From: a virus
Virus record (IMG/VR): IMGVR_UViG_3300022752_000019
Span: 64,001 to 128,000 of that record
Direction: 5' to 3' (one strand)
Length of the DNA stretch: 64,000 bases
Under the pieces are notes generated by a model. It saw only the letters and a program-made list of their open reading frames with translations, was not told where the DNA came from and did not search any database. The translations under genes and the position numbers were made by a program. This document shows, piece by piece, positions 61,671 through 64,000 of the stretch (its first letter is position 1; each line of letters begins with the position of its first letter).

Positions 61671-61703
61671 AAGGTCCCCGCAGATAACTGCGGGGCCTTT
61701 TTT
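61671..61703 (+). terminator. Intrinsic terminator after the ligase gene
   Basis: CCCCGCAG-ataa-CTGCGGGG-CCTTTTTT. Confidence 0.8.
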
Positions 61704-62067
61704 AGCCTCCGAAGATGAATGCTTCCTTCGGATGTCCGGCTTGCTCTTTGGCAGCCTCCTCTGCCCTGCGGGATACCTCGGCCATCTCTTGTTGCTGCCT
61801 GCGATGCGCCTCGGCTCGCCTGCGAATCTGGTGAATCTCTTTGAGCTTCTCTTCCACTGCATCTTCCGAGAAGATGCGCTGCTCGATCAGCAGTGCCTTC
61901 ATCGAGGCAAGGAGGTCATCGTGCGTGGTGGCCGCCTCTCCCAGCACCGCGTCATTGGCAAAGAGAGCCTGAACTTCACGAATGAGGCGATCAATCCCAT
62001 CCGCCTGAACCTTCTCGAGAGTGGCAACTCGCTTCTCGAGCGCGATAATGCGTTCTTCCTGGGTCAT
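61702..62067 (-). CDS. Coiled-coil hypothetical protein
   Basis: GGAG SD and ATGA coupling. Confidence 0.7.
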   Translation of the reverse strand: MTQEERIIALEKRVATLEKVQADGIDRLIREVQALFANDAVLGEAATTHDDLLASMKALLIEQRIFSEDAVEEKLKEIHQIRRRAEAHRRQQQEMAEVSRRAEEAAKEQAGHPKEAFIFGG

Positions 62068-62330
62068 GTCAGCTCCGCTCCAAGGATGACTTTGACTTCC
62101 TTCTCCATCTCAGTGACCCCCTCCTCCAGCTCCTCCACGAACTCCTCAATGAGATCGGTGGAGACGGGGGCTCCCTCACAGGAGATCTGAGCCAGAGGCT
62201 CAGGTACTCCATCACGCGGCAAATAACGCGTGCGAAGAATTTGGGCCAGTGTAGATTGGACCGCGGCGCGCTGTTTGAGTTCTCGAACCTGTGTCAGGAC
62301 AAGGCCAACCGTCTTTGTTGCAGCAGGCAT
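62064..62330 (-). CDS. Hypothetical protein (MPAATKTV...)
   Basis: GGAGG SD before ATG 62330. Confidence 0.7.
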   Translation of the reverse strand: MPAATKTVGLVLTQVRELKQRAAVQSTLAQILRTRYLPRDGVPEPLAQISCEGAPVSTDLIEEFVEELEEGVTEMEKEVKVILGAELT

Positions 62331-62356
62331 AAAAAAGTCCTCCAAATCAGGTATAA
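62330..62356 (+). promoter_or_regulatory. Variant promoter TAAA-N15-AGGTATAA (copy 4)
   Basis: TAAAAAAGTCCTCCAAATCAGGTATAA, same spacing as copies 1 and 2. Confidence 0.45.
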
Positions 62357-62456
62357 CATACTTGTGAAGAAACTGAGAAGTCTCCGGAGAAATCGACGAA
62401 GTACTCACCGCACCCAGGGCGTACCGGACTGTTCGGGAAAGCTGGGTGTGATTTTT

Positions 62457-63998
62457 TTAGGAGGACTTCTCTTTCTTGCGCTTATCCCTGAAGTGCTTAA
62501 TCGCAGGCACTCCGAGCACACCAAGACCTCCGAGCTCTACTGCATGCTCGAGGGAGTGGTTCTTGTGTAGGTAGTCTGACAGCGGCTTTGCGGCGCTGCG
62601 CACCCCGGGGATCTTGGCCCCCAGATGGGCCGCGGCCGGGGCAGCTAAGATGCCAAGACCGGCGAGTTCCATTCCGTGGCCGAGGTCTTCGTCCGAAGAC
62701 GCTATCTTAAATGAGGCTTCTTTCAGAGTCGAGTTGCCGCGCTTGGCCGATTTTAGCGCGTTTCTGGCGTCGGACAGAGTTCCATAGAAGTGAATGCCCT
62801 CAGAACCTTTAGCACCGTGAAGGTGACTCTCTGTTCTGCCAAAAGGGCGCCCGTAGTCGCCGCGAGCGTCTGCTACTGACTCTCCGAGCGCAACTGCTTC
62901 CTCTCTCTGCTTCTTTAGCCACGTTTTACTGGCAGGGTTTCCTTTCTTGTTCAGATACCACCAACGGGGATCGGTGACTTGCCCTCTGTACTGTAGAATC
63001 GGCCTTCCTGCCTTCTTCTCAAGTTGTTTTCCGGAAGTCCTATTTTTAGCTGACCCGTCTGCCGGCTCGTTCTTCGGCCAAAGCTCGCGCCGAGCCCAGT
63101 AGTTTGCGCTGAACTTGTCGTTCGCGGTCAGACTTCCGTCCTTTCCGCGGATACCGGCAGAGCGCGTCAGGTAGTTCTTCTTGGCGGCATCTGAGTAGTT
63201 GTGCTTGTAGCCCTTCTGTCCAAAGTGGATCAGCTTGACTTTGTCCCCCTTCTTGGCGAGGACCATCTTCTTCTTCTCAGGCCGGTCGGAGTCGACAGGC
63301 TGATTGTATCCAGGGAACTTCTTGCCTCGGTACTCGACCTCGGCCTCTTTACCCATCGCGTTTGCGATGCGGGCCTTCTTGCCGGCGCTGTACTCCGGGT
63401 GCTCCCGCTTGAGGGCACGGTAGATCTCTTTGACCTTTTCGGGTCGATCTTGGCTTAGAAATGGGGGCATGTCTGCTGCTGTCTTTGCTACAGGTCTCTC
63501 TGGATTAGTGAGCTTTTTTGCTAAGTTGTACTCTGCTACGTTGTAGAGCCCTTTACCAAGGGCTCCTAAGCCAAACCCAATTGCTCCCGCTCCGACTCCT
63601 GCCTTTAGTCGCCTATTTACAATATCTGTAACTTCTGGGTTAAGAGAAACATTCTTGTTCAGTAGCGAATCTATAACAGACCTTGTTCCTGCGTTTTGCA
63701 AAATGGCGTAGTCTTTTACCGCCTGGGCGATAGCCTTTGATCGCGGCTCTGACCGAAGCAACGTACTAGTTACAAAGGGACTTCCAACGGCGGCCCCTGC
63801 CGCTGCGCCTCCGGCAACTCCGGCAGCGCCTGTTGCCAAGACATTATGAGAGTACGCCAGCCCTTTCTGCTCGGGATCCCCTCTGCCTGCGCCAATCCCG
63901 TAAGATCTTGCCGAGTCTTTGAGCCCGATTCCCATCGCCACTTGTGACCCATCTGCGGGATGAGGGACGCCCCCTCCTGTCTTCAAAATTGCAGGAAA
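62457..63998 (-). CDS. Modular polyprotein-like putative virion protein (5' partial): Gly-zipper modules and a DUF5754-like module separated by K-x-A motifs
   Basis: Frame is open to the window edge; junctions AKTAA, GKEAE, EKKAG, LKEAS-FKIAS; KKKMVL...LIHFGQKGY...SANYWAR module. Confidence 0.75.
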   Translation of the reverse strand, partial: FPAILKTGGGVPHPADGSQVAMGIGLKDSARSYGIGAGRGDPEQKGLAYSHNVLATGAAGVAGGAAAGAAVGSPFVTSTLLRSEPRSKAIAQAVKDYAILQNAGTRSVIDSLLNKNVSLNPEVTDIVNRRLKAGVGAGAIGFGLGALGKGLYNVAEYNLAKKLTNPERPVAKTAADMPPFLSQDRPEKVKEIYRALKREHPEYSAGKKARIANAMGKEAEVEYRGKKFPGYNQPVDSDRPEKKKMVLAKKGDKVKLIHFGQKGYKHNYSDAAKKNYLTRSAGIRGKDGSLTANDKFSANYWARRELWPKNEPADGSAKNRTSGKQLEKKAGRPILQYRGQVTDPRWWYLNKKGNPASKTWLKKQREEAVALGESVADARGDYGRPFGRTESHLHGAKGSEGIHFYGTLSDARNALKSAKRGNSTLKEASFKIASSDEDLGHGMELAGLGILAAPAAAHLGAKIPGVRSAAKPLSDYLHKNHSLEHAVELGGLGVLGVPAIKHFRDKRKKEKSS

Positions 63999-64000
63999 AT

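Noticed and set aside
62372-62404. Hammerhead-like CTGAGAA-GTC...GAC-GAAG
   Set aside because: Core deviates from CUGANGA/GAAA and stem I cannot be formed.
1-64000. Bacterial chromosome or prophage interpretation from rpoB, polA, recA and dnaB
   Set aside because: The genes are highly divergent and interleaved with portal, baseplate and tape measure genes; there is no ribosomal or metabolic context and no integrase in the window.
1-64000. Stop-codon reassignment, tRNA or rRNA genes
   Set aside because: Genes tile densely under the standard code using all three stops; intergenic gaps are short and no cloverleaf was seen.

Overview
This is a gene-dense, roughly 60% GC fragment of a large (probably jumbo) contractile-tailed bacteriophage genome, not a bacterial chromosome. 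The minus strand carries virion and transcription genes: a phage multisubunit RNA polymerase beta subunit (runs off the left edge and is missing from the ORF track), portal, putative head proteins, giant baseplate and tail proteins, Ig-like proteins, a coiled-coil fibre, a group-3 (sigma28-like) sigma factor, a baseplate hub with an M15 peptidase, and a tape measure. The plus strand carries replication and recombination genes: SF2 helicase, degenerate family-4 UDG, intein-containing DnaB, primase, putative SSB, PolA, HU, RecA, Hjc-, Cas4- and RusA-like nucleases, and an ATP-dependent ligase. Two signals stand out. (1) GTCATAA sits at all four divergent strand switches, in three of them as TAAA-N14/15-GGTCATAA, which mirrors the sigma28 consensus; with the phage sigma and RNAP this suggests a self-contained transcription system. 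(2) A K-x-A(S/A/G/E) motif is strongly enriched in putative head proteins, separates unrelated modules of a polyprotein-like ORF, and occurs at the sigma N-terminus; this suggests a protease-cleavage or packaging tag for virion cargo. No tRNA, rRNA or CRISPR array was seen. All calls are by-eye motif recognition with no database searches.
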